Positions 28,269-37,614 of a DNA stretch of 64,000 nucleotides are shown piece after piece (within the stretch, counting starts at the first letter, position 1; every line of letters begins with the position of its first letter). The stretch is from Bacteroidetes bacterium GWF2_35_48 (GTDB lineage Bacteria > Bacteroidota > Bacteroidia > Bacteroidales > GWF2-35-48): contig MEOG01000020.1 of the NCBI GenBank assembly GCA_001769125.1, positions 1,387 to 65,386 of the forward strand, in the 5' to 3' direction. The notes beneath the pieces are model-generated. The model was not told the origin of the DNA. It saw nothing but the letters and a program-made list of their open reading frames with translations, and did not search any database. The translations under genes were made by a program, and so were the position numbers.

Positions 28269-30425
28269 TTAATCATCATCTTCGTCAGCAGCGTGCGCTT
28301 TGAGGAGTTCATTCTGAACTTCGCCCGAAACCTGAGTATATTCAGAAAATTTCATGGAATATACAGCCCTGCCACCGGTTATTGAGCTTAAAGCTGTTGA
28401 ATACTTGTTCATTTCTGCGAGGGGAACTTTAGCTGTAATTTTCTGGAATCCTTTTTCAGCACCCATTCCCTGAATAATAGCTCTTCGGCCTTGAAGGTCG
28501 CTCATAACATCACCCATATAATCGGCAGGTACAAGAACTTCTACTTCATAGATAGGTTCAAGAATTTTCGGACCTGCTTTTTTGAAAGCCTGGCTGAATG
28601 CATTACGACCAGCTAAACGGAAAGAAATTTCATTGGAATCAACAGGGTGCATTTTACCATCATATACAGAAACTCTGATATCGCGGGCATAACATTTTGT
28701 AAGCGGACCTTCTTCCATTTTTTCCATAATTCCTTTTAAAATTGCAGGAAGAAAACGGGCTTCAATAGAACCGCCGACAATACAGTTAAAATAAACTAAT
28801 TTACCGCCCCATGGAAGATCGTGTTCTTCTTTACCTCTTACAGAAATATTGATTTCTTTTCCATCAATAATATATTTTTTAGGATCAGTCATTCCATCAA
28901 CATAGGGCTCAATAACCATGTGTACTTCTCCAAACTGACCGGCGCCTCCGGATTGTTTTTTATGACGGTAATCTGCCTGCGCAATTTTGGTAATGGTTTC
29001 GCGATAAGGAATACGTGGCGCAATGAATTCGGTTGGAATTTTATAGACATTGTCAAGATGCCATTTCATAATATTGAGGTGAAATTCGCCCTGTCCGTGA
29101 ATAATGATTTGTTTTAATTCTTTAGAATATTCAACAACCAATGTCGGATCTTCTTCTTTCATTCTGCTTAAGGCTTCGCCTAATTTTTCTTCTTCACCTT
29201 CTGTAACCGTTTTAATGGCGGTTCTGTATTTGGGGTTAGGAAAAGCAATATTTGGGAATGCAGCGCCATCATTTCCGGCACTCAGGGTATGATTTGTTTT
29301 TGTAGCTTTCAGCTTAACAGCAGCACCAATATCTCCGGCTGAAAGTTCTGACACTTTTGTCCTGTTTTTTCCTGCAACAGCAAGAATTTGTGCGAGGCGT
29401 TCTTTATTTCTTGTATTGTTATTTTGCAAATCAATACCTTCAGTGATTTTACCGGAAATTACTTTAAAATAGTTTACCTCTCCGATATGTTCTTCCACAG
29501 ATGTTTTGAAAACAAATGCTGAAACAGGTTTAGAAGGATCGATAGCGATTTCATTTCCTTCAATGGTTGTCCATGCAGGGAGTAAATCAGGAGAAGGACA
29601 ACTTTTAACAACAAAATCTAAAAGACGGCTCACACCAATATCTTTTTTTGCAGATATACAGAAAATCGGGAACATGCCGCGACTTAAGATTCCTTTTGCA
29701 ATACCCGAGCGGATTTCATCTTCGGTCAGTGTATTATTTTCAAAGAAAATTTCCATTAATTTTTCATCACTTTCGGCAGCTTTTTCTATCAATTGCGACT
29801 GAAGTTCCTCAGCTTTGTCTTTTTCATCAGCGGGGATATCAAGAATTTGAGGTTTGTGGCTGCCGGCAGTGTATTTATACATTTTCATAGCAACCAAATC
29901 TATAATGGAATCAAATCCAGAGCCGGTAGTTACGGGATATTGTGCAAGAATCGCATTTCCACCATAACTGGCTTTAATCATTTCAATTGTTTTTTCAAAA
30001 TTTGCTTTATCGTGGTCAAGGTGGTTGATAACAATAATCATGGGTTTGTTATTCTTTTCAATATTTCTTCCATGAATTTCCGTACCCACCTCTACACCAT
30101 TTTGTGCGTTGATTAACAGAACTGCTGTATCTGCAACATGCATAGAAGAAGCAACACCTCCGACAAAGTCGTCAAGACCGGGGGCATCTAAAATGTTTAT
30201 TTTATGATCCGTCCACTCTGTGTATAAAACAGTAGAAAAGATAGAAGAACATCTTTCCTGTTCAATCGGGTTGTAATCCGAAACGGTGTTTTTGGTTTCA
30301 ACAGCACCTTTACGGTCAATAATACCTCCAGCCTGAAGCATAGACTCTGCCATCGTGGTTTTTCCCGAGCCGGTATTGCCTGTCAGAACAATATTACGAA
30401 TTTGTTGTGTCTGGTAATTTTTCAT
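28269..30425 (-). CDS. fusA2: Elongation factor G paralog (EF-G2 type)
   Basis: Divergent G1 motif GNTGSGKTT, plus DAPG, NHLD, KKQSGGAGQFGEV and DGKMHPVDS. Domain IV carries an insert. Confidence 0.9.
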   Translation of the reverse strand: MKNYQTQQIRNIVLTGNTGSGKTTMAESMLQAGGIIDRKGAVETKNTVSDYNPIEQERCSSIFSTVLYTEWTDHKINILDAPGLDDFVGGVASSMHVADTAVLLINAQNGVEVGTEIHGRNIEKNNKPMIIVINHLDHDKANFEKTIEMIKASYGGNAILAQYPVTTGSGFDSIIDLVAMKMYKYTAGSHKPQILDIPADEKDKAEELQSQLIEKAAESDEKLMEIFFENNTLTEDEIRSGIAKGILSRGMFPIFCISAKKDIGVSRLLDFVVKSCPSPDLLPAWTTIEGNEIAIDPSKPVSAFVFKTSVEEHIGEVNYFKVISGKITEGIDLQNNNTRNKERLAQILAVAGKNRTKVSELSAGDIGAAVKLKATKTNHTLSAGNDGAAFPNIAFPNPKYRTAIKTVTEGEEEKLGEALSRMKEEDPTLVVEYSKELKQIIIHGQGEFHLNIMKWHLDNVYKIPTEFIAPRIPYRETITKIAQADYRHKKQSGGAGQFGEVHMVIEPYVDGMTDPKKYIIDGKEINISVRGKEEHDLPWGGKLVYFNCIVGGSIEARFLPAILKGIMEKMEEGPLTKCYARDIRVSVYDGKMHPVDSNEISFRLAGRNAFSQAFKKAGPKILEPIYEVEVLVPADYMGDVMSDLQGRRAIIQGMGAEKGFQKITAKVPLAEMNKYSTALSSITGGRAVYSMKFSEYTQVSGEVQNELLKAHAADEDDD

Positions 30426-30652
30426 TTTATATCACTCTAATTATTAATTACTAAAAAGCTTGCAAAAATAATAAAATTTTGAATTGCACAATATTTTTTA
30501 TTGTTGAATTCCTTTGCTTTTAAAAATTGAGCCTACTCCGATAAGTCATTTTTTGCCACAGAGACTCAAAGGCTCTAAGTTTCACAAAGGCGATATGGTA
30601 GAATATCAAGACTTTGTGTTTCCTTGAGCCTTCGTGCCCCTACTGGTTGCAG

Positions 30653-30984
30653 CTACTGTGTGGACACATCTTTGTTCTTAAAGCGAGATTTTGTCACAAA
30701 ATTTGCATGCTTCTATCTTATTATAAGTTTCGCTGAGCAATTGAGCAAATTTTCCGCCAAATCATTTAATTATGAGTCCACTCCGAAAACCCTTTTGCCA
30801 CAGATTACGCCAATTTTCACAGATTATTAATTCTATTAATCAGTGAATTAAATCTGTGTTAATTCGTGAAATCGGTGGCAATTCAATAAAATGATACTTT
30901 TCGGAGGAGACTCAATTATATTTTTCCCAACTTTTGATTTTATGAAAAAATACAATACTTCACATATTTGTGTCCACACGGTAG
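30653..30984. mobile_element. Middle MITE with IS4/IS50-like TIRs and a 10-bp TSD
   Basis: TIRs CTACTGTGTGGACACA and TGTGTCCACACGGTAG (1 mismatch). CTGGTTGCAG is directly repeated at 30643-30652 and 30985-30994. Confidence 0.85.
30774..30913. mobile_element. Inner 140-bp MITE (same TIR family as the outer element) with a 6-bp TSD
   Basis: TIRs GAGTCCACTCCGAAAA and TTTTCGGAGGAGACTC. AATTAT occurs at 30768-30773 and 30914-30919. Internal GCCACAGATT...AATCGGTGGC hairpin. Confidence 0.8.
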
Positions 30985-31190
30985 CTGGTTGCAGGCAGGT
31001 ATTTTTTGAATATGTACTTTTCGGAGTGACCTTAAAATTAATTTTTATATTGAAGTAATGATGGATACAAATGGGATATAAAAAAAATAAAGTTCGTCAA
31101 ATAAACGAAAGTTTTTTATTTTTCTTCGTTATTTAAACGAAACCCTAAATATAATCTATAAGAATATACATAGGCATGCACACCCACTAG

Positions 31191-31259
31191 CTCGGATTTA
31201 TAATCCGAGACTCGCCGCTTGTAATTGTACAGACGTTGCACATCAACGTTTTCCCCTAC
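31191..31259. repeat. Two adjacent REP-like palindromes
   Basis: CTCGGATTTATAATCCGAG (31191-31209) and the degenerate GTACAGACGTTGCACATCAACGTTTTCCCCTAC (31227-31259). Confidence 0.55.
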
Positions 31260-31342
31260 GCTATTACAGTTTACCATCCGCCGCGGAACCACTTCCCGCT
31301 TCTTACAAAAATCGCTAAAGACATTATCGGAAGTCTATTTCG

Positions 31343-32398
31343 TCAATTAAACTCCAGGCATAAAAAATCTCTTAAATTTATATGCTTAACACCCTTATAA
31401 GAGCCAACAGGATATTCGTCCATAGTTACAACATACTTAGGATAATTATCTTTAACCAGCAATAAACGCCCGAATTCTCTTTCTTTAACCTTGTCGTTCG
31501 GTATGAGATAAGCAACCTGAACGTACAAAATTTCGCCATTCTTTTGGGCAACAAAATCAATTTCACTTTCAGGAGTAACACCAACGCCAACATCAAAGCC
31601 CTGATTTAATAAATGAATAAAAACTACATTTTCTAATACAGCAGGAACAGAAAAATTATTTAACCCGATAAGTGCATTTCTTAATCCCCAGTCTTCAAAA
31701 AAATATTTATTATTTGTTGTAAAAATATTTTTCCCTGTTAAATTGATTCGACGAAGTTTATATACAAAAAAAGCATTTTGCAAATATTGCAGATAGCTCA
31801 ATACAACCTTTGTTGAAATATCTATTTTCTGAGATTTTAAATAATCGCTGATTTTATTTGCAGTAAATAAATTACCGGTATTATGTGCCAGATATTTTAT
31901 TAAATTTTCAAAAAAATCTATATTTCGGATATTATAACGTTGTATGACGTCTTTATATATAATGGTAGAAAGAATATTTTTTAAATAATCAAAAATAACA
32001 TCATCTTTTTTGACCAGATTTTTAATAAAAGGCAGACCGCCCCATTTCAAATAATTTTTCAGCGCATCATTGTTGTTTTTCAAATCGTGAAAAATCAGGA
32101 ATTCGTTAAAAGAGAGTGTTCCAACTTTTATTTCGATATAGCGACCGCTTAAGTATGTAGCCAAATCTCCTGATAATAAATTCGCATTACTTCCCGTGCA
32201 ATAAATATCTACATTTTTTTTATTCTGAAAATGACGAAACGCCTTTTCAAAATATTCGATGTCTTGAACCTCATCAACAAATAAATAATTTTTTGTCTTG
32301 GGATTAATTACAGATTCTGTATATTTAATGAGCGACTGATAATTATTAATAAAATCAAAATCGCTTAATTCCTTATCAACATAAATGATATTCGCAGA
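31343..32398 (-). pseudogene. 5'-truncated AAA_14/DUF4143 ATPase
   Basis: The frame stays open upstream of the tracked TTG and includes Walker B (YLFVDEVQ) and TGSNANLLS. It hits an in-frame TAA at 32399-32401 before any Walker A or canonical start codon. The C-terminus has LENVVF...EIDFVA...YVQVAY. Confidence 0.75.
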
Positions 32399-32456
32399 TT
32401 ATCAAGAATAGACGGAAACATTATTTATCAACATTCTTTTTTTTAACAATAATTGT

Positions 32457-33590
32457 CTAAACCTGATTCTTTGTAATAAAAGAAAATCTTTCTTTAAATT
32501 TTAAAAAAGGTAATTCAAAATACTTATAACTTAATTTAGCAATTATAACAGTAATAAGAAGAGATAAAATTGTTTCAAGTATCATTACCTGCCAAAGCTG
32601 ATTATTAAAATTAAAATATTTTGTTATGTTTATTGTTATTAAAATGCCAATAAAATGAAGACAATATAATCCATATGTAATAATTCCTAAATTAGAAATT
32701 TTCTTGAAATTTGATAATTTGAATAAAGAATTTATTGAAAAACTTTGCTCCAATATAACGAACAGAATGATTATTGAAATTATAAGTCGCTCAAAAATAC
32801 GAATATACGAGTTTGAAAAAAGAAATTCATCTCTAAATAAAAACACAAATATTAATAGAAGGTAGATTAATAAAATATGAAATCTACTAAATTTTTCTAT
32901 TACAATTCTAAACCGGTTAGAAATATTAAATAGCCATGCTCCTATTGCTCCTATAGACATATCTCCAATACATGACAATGTATGATATTCATGCATCATA
33001 TATGTATCATTACAGCTTCGGAAAATTAAATTAGATAATAAAATAACAGTAAAAGGTATCCATAATTTTTTTAATGGAAATAAAAAAATTATTATTGGCC
33101 AAATAAAATAAAACTGTTCTTCTATAGCGATACTCCATAAAACACCCAAAATAGATGCATCTGGCAACCCTTTATTGATAAAATCAAAATTATTTAAAAA
33201 AGTTAAATAATATACCGGATCTGCTGTTTCATTTGTCCCCAGCCCAAGCATGTTTTTAATAAATGGGAAGATTACAAATCCAATAAACACGCATATAAAA
33301 AACAAAGGCCAAATTCGAAGTATTCTTCTCAGCCAAAATTTTGGAAGGCTTATCTGCCCATTCATTTTTTTTTCTTCAACTAATAAATAGGTAATTAAAA
33401 ACCCACTTAAAACAAAGAAAAAATTTACACCCAAGTTCCCGTTTGCAAATAATTCTTTTTTGAAAAATACATAGATTGGGCTATTTTTTATTACTTCTAT
33501 TTCTGAATAAAAGCTATGAAACAAAAAAACAGATAAAAAACAAAAAAAACGTAACCCGTCAAGATTTTTAAAATAAATACTTTTCTTCAT
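32457..33590 (-). CDS. Acyltransferase-3 (OafA-like) membrane O-acyltransferase
   Basis: Motifs LDGLRF, GVNFFFVLSGFLIT, RRILRIWP and WSIAIEEQFY. Confidence 0.92.
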   Translation of the reverse strand: MKKSIYFKNLDGLRFFCFLSVFLFHSFYSEIEVIKNSPIYVFFKKELFANGNLGVNFFFVLSGFLITYLLVEEKKMNGQISLPKFWLRRILRIWPLFFICVFIGFVIFPFIKNMLGLGTNETADPVYYLTFLNNFDFINKGLPDASILGVLWSIAIEEQFYFIWPIIIFLFPLKKLWIPFTVILLSNLIFRSCNDTYMMHEYHTLSCIGDMSIGAIGAWLFNISNRFRIVIEKFSRFHILLIYLLLIFVFLFRDEFLFSNSYIRIFERLIISIIILFVILEQSFSINSLFKLSNFKKISNLGIITYGLYCLHFIGILITINITKYFNFNNQLWQVMILETILSLLITVIIAKLSYKYFELPFLKFKERFSFITKNQV

Positions 33591-33601
33591 TTTATTTTAT
33601 C

Positions 33602-35035
33602 TTAACTTACTGACTCCGATATAGAATGTCCCATTTTATCCTGCTTCTCTTTTTCGCTTTCAATTTGTTTGTGTCTTATAAAAAACAATGCTGCCATGTA
33701 AAATGGAATTAAAGGGATCTTGTATCTTACTAAAGCTCCAAAATTAGAAGTGGAAAAACCAATAGAAAACGCAAAGCTCATCGCAAATACAAAGGAAAAC
33801 AAAATTAAAGGATGATCAAAAAGAGCATTCAATAAAAACATGGGGCTTCGTCGGAACAATATCATAAGTGTAAAAATTATTAAAAATGTATTTTCCAACC
33901 CTGAAAGTAACATAACAATATTTCTCACATCCCACAAAAAAGGTCTAAATAGCCCAGCTGTCATTGCTTGAGGTATTTTTATCATAATACTCATCATACT
34001 TGTTTTATCATAATCCCCAATATTAAAATTATTACTTCCATATTGTTCTGCACGCACTAAATCTCTTCGTATCACATCAGCCTTGTTTATCATCTTGTCA
34101 ATATTCTCATAATCACCCCCAATAATTTTACCTGTTGCCCCTAATATCAAACCACCAACCACCCATGCAACCATAAAAATGCTTGGAAAAATCAGCACTC
34201 TGTGAAAATTACTTTTAACGGCTTTAAACTTATAGAAAACAAACCAAATGACAAATCCAAAAAATAAAGAATATAAAATATAAGGTTTTATAGAAATAAT
34301 AATATAAGAACTTATAAAAAATGCAACAAAATAAAAGTAGTATTTAGTTTTACCTTTTTTAATAAATAACTGATAAAAACTATAAGTGAGCCAACCAGCT
34401 GCAGCCAGTGTCCAGGAATCTTTCAATATACCTGAGCCCCAAAAAGCAACTGATGGCATAAATATAATTGCAATAGCAAATTCTTTATGCAACTTTGGAA
34501 AATGAATATAAAATACCTGATATAATTTCCAAACTCCAGAATAAGTAATATAAGCAGTTATTATACTTGTTAACAAATAGCCTTTAATTCCAAAAAATAT
34601 AAGTGGTGTAGTTAAACGAACAACAAAAAAAGCCTGAGGGTCTTTCCAATAAAAAAATTGATAATTGTACTTTGCAAATATTGAAAAATTTTCTGATGAC
34701 AAATTTCCTCCCATAATAGAAAAAAAGTTCAGTGGCTCATTAAACAGCATCTCTGACATCCCGCGAGCATTGTTAAAATAAACAAATGTATCCCCACCAT
34801 CATAATAATATGTATATATCATACAAAAACAAAAAACCCCGAGCATTTTAAAAAGTAAACCATTTACATAATACTTATATTCAAAATTTGCATTGATTTT
34901 ATTACGTTGTGTTCGGCGTGCTAAATAAAAAATAATTAAGAAAAATACAGGAAAAAGGATGTATTCCCAAAATTGAATTTTAGCCTGAAATATAAGGATA
35001 TAAAGATCTGTATAAATGAAATTTTTATCGGGCAT
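33602..35035 (-). CDS. Polytopic membrane protein, probably a polysaccharide polymerase / GT-C type
   Basis: About 11 TM segments and motifs YYDGGDT..Y, FWGSGILKDS, FRPFLW and NFGALVRYK. Lies within the glycan locus. Confidence 0.6.
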   Translation of the reverse strand: MPDKNFIYTDLYILIFQAKIQFWEYILFPVFFLIIFYLARRTQRNKINANFEYKYYVNGLLFKMLGVFCFCMIYTYYYDGGDTFVYFNNARGMSEMLFNEPLNFFSIMGGNLSSENFSIFAKYNYQFFYWKDPQAFFVVRLTTPLIFFGIKGYLLTSIITAYITYSGVWKLYQVFYIHFPKLHKEFAIAIIFMPSVAFWGSGILKDSWTLAAAGWLTYSFYQLFIKKGKTKYYFYFVAFFISSYIIISIKPYILYSLFFGFVIWFVFYKFKAVKSNFHRVLIFPSIFMVAWVVGGLILGATGKIIGGDYENIDKMINKADVIRRDLVRAEQYGSNNFNIGDYDKTSMMSIMIKIPQAMTAGLFRPFLWDVRNIVMLLSGLENTFLIIFTLMILFRRSPMFLLNALFDHPLILFSFVFAMSFAFSIGFSTSNFGALVRYKIPLIPFYMAALFFIRHKQIESEKEKQDKMGHSISESVS

Positions 35036-35049
35036 AAGTGATAGTCTAA

Positions 35050-36165
35050 TTACTTTTTGTATAAAAGGAAATACATTTTGTAAATAAATTCAAGTCGTTT
35101 TTCATCATTTGGATAGTCTTTATATGTTTTTGGGGGCAAGTTTAAAATTGAATCAAGTTCTACAATATTAATAGCCAGCTTTTTACTCAAGTATTCTTTG
35201 TCTTTTTCTAACTCCAAGCTATTGTAGGGAGGTATCTTTAATATTGCAAGTGCATCATCACGAATTATTTCTCCGGCACAAATTTGAGTTGAATAGGTTG
35301 CCTTGCGGTAATCTATATTAAATTTAACTGGCAAATAATAAGACTGAATAAATTTAGTGTATATTGATTCATGATGCTTCCCTCCATAGTTTTCCCAAGC
35401 TAACTTATCTTCTAGTATTTTTACAGCTTCTTTTTTATTATAGGGTACCAAATTTAAAGGATACAATATTTTTATTTTTTTAAATAGTTTATAATATGTT
35501 TCTTGAATAAATCCAAAAGCCGGAAAGTCTTTTAATTTTACTTTTCCAAATTTTTTATGAATAGAATTTAAATATTTTAAATCTTTTGGATTATATTGAA
35601 ATCTTTTTGGGAGAATTCCTTCAGTCGCATAGTTACCCCCAGATAAAATAAATTTTATTTTATGTTTTGCTGCAATTTTGTGCAATACTCCCTGAATTGC
35701 CATATCAGTTGGATTTTCTGCTTCAGGGACAGATGCTTTAAGGAAAGATAATTGTAAATCTTTAAATTCCTCCCAGTTTAACACAACAGTGTATAAATCA
35801 ATCCCAAGAATATCCAATGCTTTTTTTATATTTAAAACAGCTACTCTTGCGTTCCACCCATTATCCATATGAACGGCCAAAGGATTTAAACCCCAATGTT
35901 TAGCAAGATAACATAAATATATACTATCAACACCTCCGCTTACACCTATTATCGAGTCATACTTATGATTTATTCCCTTTGATTTAATTAGTGTAATAAT
36001 ATTTTTAAGCTTTTTATCACTTTCTTCTCCATTATATATTTCGTTCGAAATTTTATTAAAAAAATCATTACAATGATTGCAAAACCCATTGCTATCAAAA
36101 ATAATATTAGGATCTGAATTGTCCATTACACATCGTTCACACCTTCTGTACATTTTTTTATCCAT
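35050..36165 (-). CDS. N-acetyl-sugar amidotransferase (WbuX/WbpG-like)
   Basis: N-terminal CxxC...CxxC, PP-loop GVSGGVDS, and DNGWN and YGGKHHES motifs. Confidence 0.88.
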   Translation of the reverse strand: MDKKMYRRCERCVMDNSDPNIIFDSNGFCNHCNDFFNKISNEIYNGEESDKKLKNIITLIKSKGINHKYDSIIGVSGGVDSIYLCYLAKHWGLNPLAVHMDNGWNARVAVLNIKKALDILGIDLYTVVLNWEEFKDLQLSFLKASVPEAENPTDMAIQGVLHKIAAKHKIKFILSGGNYATEGILPKRFQYNPKDLKYLNSIHKKFGKVKLKDFPAFGFIQETYYKLFKKIKILYPLNLVPYNKKEAVKILEDKLAWENYGGKHHESIYTKFIQSYYLPVKFNIDYRKATYSTQICAGEIIRDDALAILKIPPYNSLELEKDKEYLSKKLAINIVELDSILNLPPKTYKDYPNDEKRLEFIYKMYFLLYKK

Positions 36166-36254
36166 TAATAACAGTTTATTTAAAACAAAAGTAGGGTTTT
36201 AAATCTAATAAATTATTAGTATTTTTTAAAATTAAATAAGATTCGGAATAAACT

Positions 36255-37607
36255 TTATTTATTAATGACTGTATAAGGAGGTGTAATTTTATTTATTATT
36301 CCAGCAAGTTTTTCAACTTGGATTTTTCTGGAATATTGTTCTGTATTTATCGAATGACATTCTATTTTTCTTTTCTCTTCAAATTCTACTTTTAAATTCA
36401 ATAAAACCTCCCACAAATGCTCCTCGTTTTTAATGCAGAATCCTGAATTAGTATTCGTTATCAAGTCCTCCTGTGATTGCATGTTGATGTTAAAAATTTT
36501 CTTCTTAAAGTATTTGTTTATTAGTTTTTTTTGAGCGGTTGCATTCGTATAACAAAGTAAAATTTTTCTTTTCAAACCTATATATTCAAATGTTTTAGTA
36601 GAAATAAAGAAATAATCATTAAAAAGCAACATTACATCGTTTTTAGATAATTCGAGAAGAAGTTTATTGTTAGGAATCCTTGGAAAAATGTTAACAACAT
36701 TTATTAAATTAAAATATTTAGCTAAAATTATTTTTTTTAGTTCATCAGAAATATTGATACCATAAAAATTAATTTTTAATTGTGTATTTGTTTCATATAA
36801 AAATTTAGAGACTGTACTTAAAAAGCTTTCAAAAGGATGATCCCGTTCCTTATAAATAGTACCAGCGAACGCAATATTTAATTCGCAATTTTGAGGTTGA
36901 GTATTTTTTGTGGATTCAATGATTTCTTGATCATATCCATTGGGGATAATATGAATCATTTTCCTTAATATATTCGTAGGTAATTGTGTTCTAACAAAGT
37001 CCGCAACGGTTGTGATGGAAGAACAAGTGCGAACAATTTTTTTTTCAAAAAAACGACTCCAAATTTTAAATAGAGTTTTTTTTTCAAGAGTAATATCAAA
37101 AGACCAAGGGTCGCGATAATCAGCAATCCATGGAATTTTATATTTTGCGCTTAATTTTGCTGCGTATTTGAATAAAATGAAGGGATCTCCGGTAGCAATA
37201 ATGATATCAATTTTGTTTGACTTTAAATAACTTTTGGCAGTGTTGTAAATTTGTGACTTAGAACCAGTGAATGAAAACCATTGAATAATTTCATAATAAG
37301 TAGAAAAAAAATTTCTTATAAATTTATATTTTTTTTCTCCATGCTTTAATAATATTTTGTTTGATATATTAGGGGTATAAGGTGTTTTAATGATTGTTCC
37401 ATACTCGTTTTTTTCAATTATAATTTTTGATGAACTTCCAGGAGCTATATAGTCAAGCTTATTCCCAAATTGGCAATCCCACTGACGTGTCACAACTATA
37501 GGATATACGTTAAATTCTTTTAAATATTTATACCAGCTATAGGGACGTAATGACCCTACAGAAGTAAAGGGTGGAAAATCATAAGTAAGAATAAGTATTT
37601 TTTTCAT
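36255..37607 (-). CDS. GT-B fold glycosyltransferase (GT4-like)
   Basis: Motifs LILTYDFPP...LRP, IATGDP, WIADYRDPW, IPNGYD and TKTFEYI. Confidence 0.75.
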   Translation of the reverse strand: MKKILILTYDFPPFTSVGSLRPYSWYKYLKEFNVYPIVVTRQWDCQFGNKLDYIAPGSSSKIIIEKNEYGTIIKTPYTPNISNKILLKHGEKKYKFIRNFFSTYYEIIQWFSFTGSKSQIYNTAKSYLKSNKIDIIIATGDPFILFKYAAKLSAKYKIPWIADYRDPWSFDITLEKKTLFKIWSRFFEKKIVRTCSSITTVADFVRTQLPTNILRKMIHIIPNGYDQEIIESTKNTQPQNCELNIAFAGTIYKERDHPFESFLSTVSKFLYETNTQLKINFYGINISDELKKIILAKYFNLINVVNIFPRIPNNKLLLELSKNDVMLLFNDYFFISTKTFEYIGLKRKILLCYTNATAQKKLINKYFKKKIFNINMQSQEDLITNTNSGFCIKNEEHLWEVLLNLKVEFEEKRKIECHSINTEQYSRKIQVEKLAGIINKITPPYTVINK

Positions 37608-37614
37608 AAATATA

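Larger units (their letters stand above)
30529..31033. mobile_element. Outer MITE (degenerate TIRs with ACTCCGA.AAGT core; putative 6-bp TSD AAAATT)
   Basis: Left end GAGCCTACTCCGATAAGT, right end ACTTTTCGGAGTGACCTT. AAAATT occurs at 30523-30528 and 31034-31039. Confidence 0.6.

Noticed and set aside
30624-30830. 68-aa ORF as a transposase fragment
   Set aside because: It crosses three element boundaries and has no DDE or HTH motif.
31260-31342. GC-richer stretch as a tRNA, ncRNA or DGR template repeat
   Set aside because: No cloverleaf or T-loop signature, and no alignment to the FISUMP 3' end.
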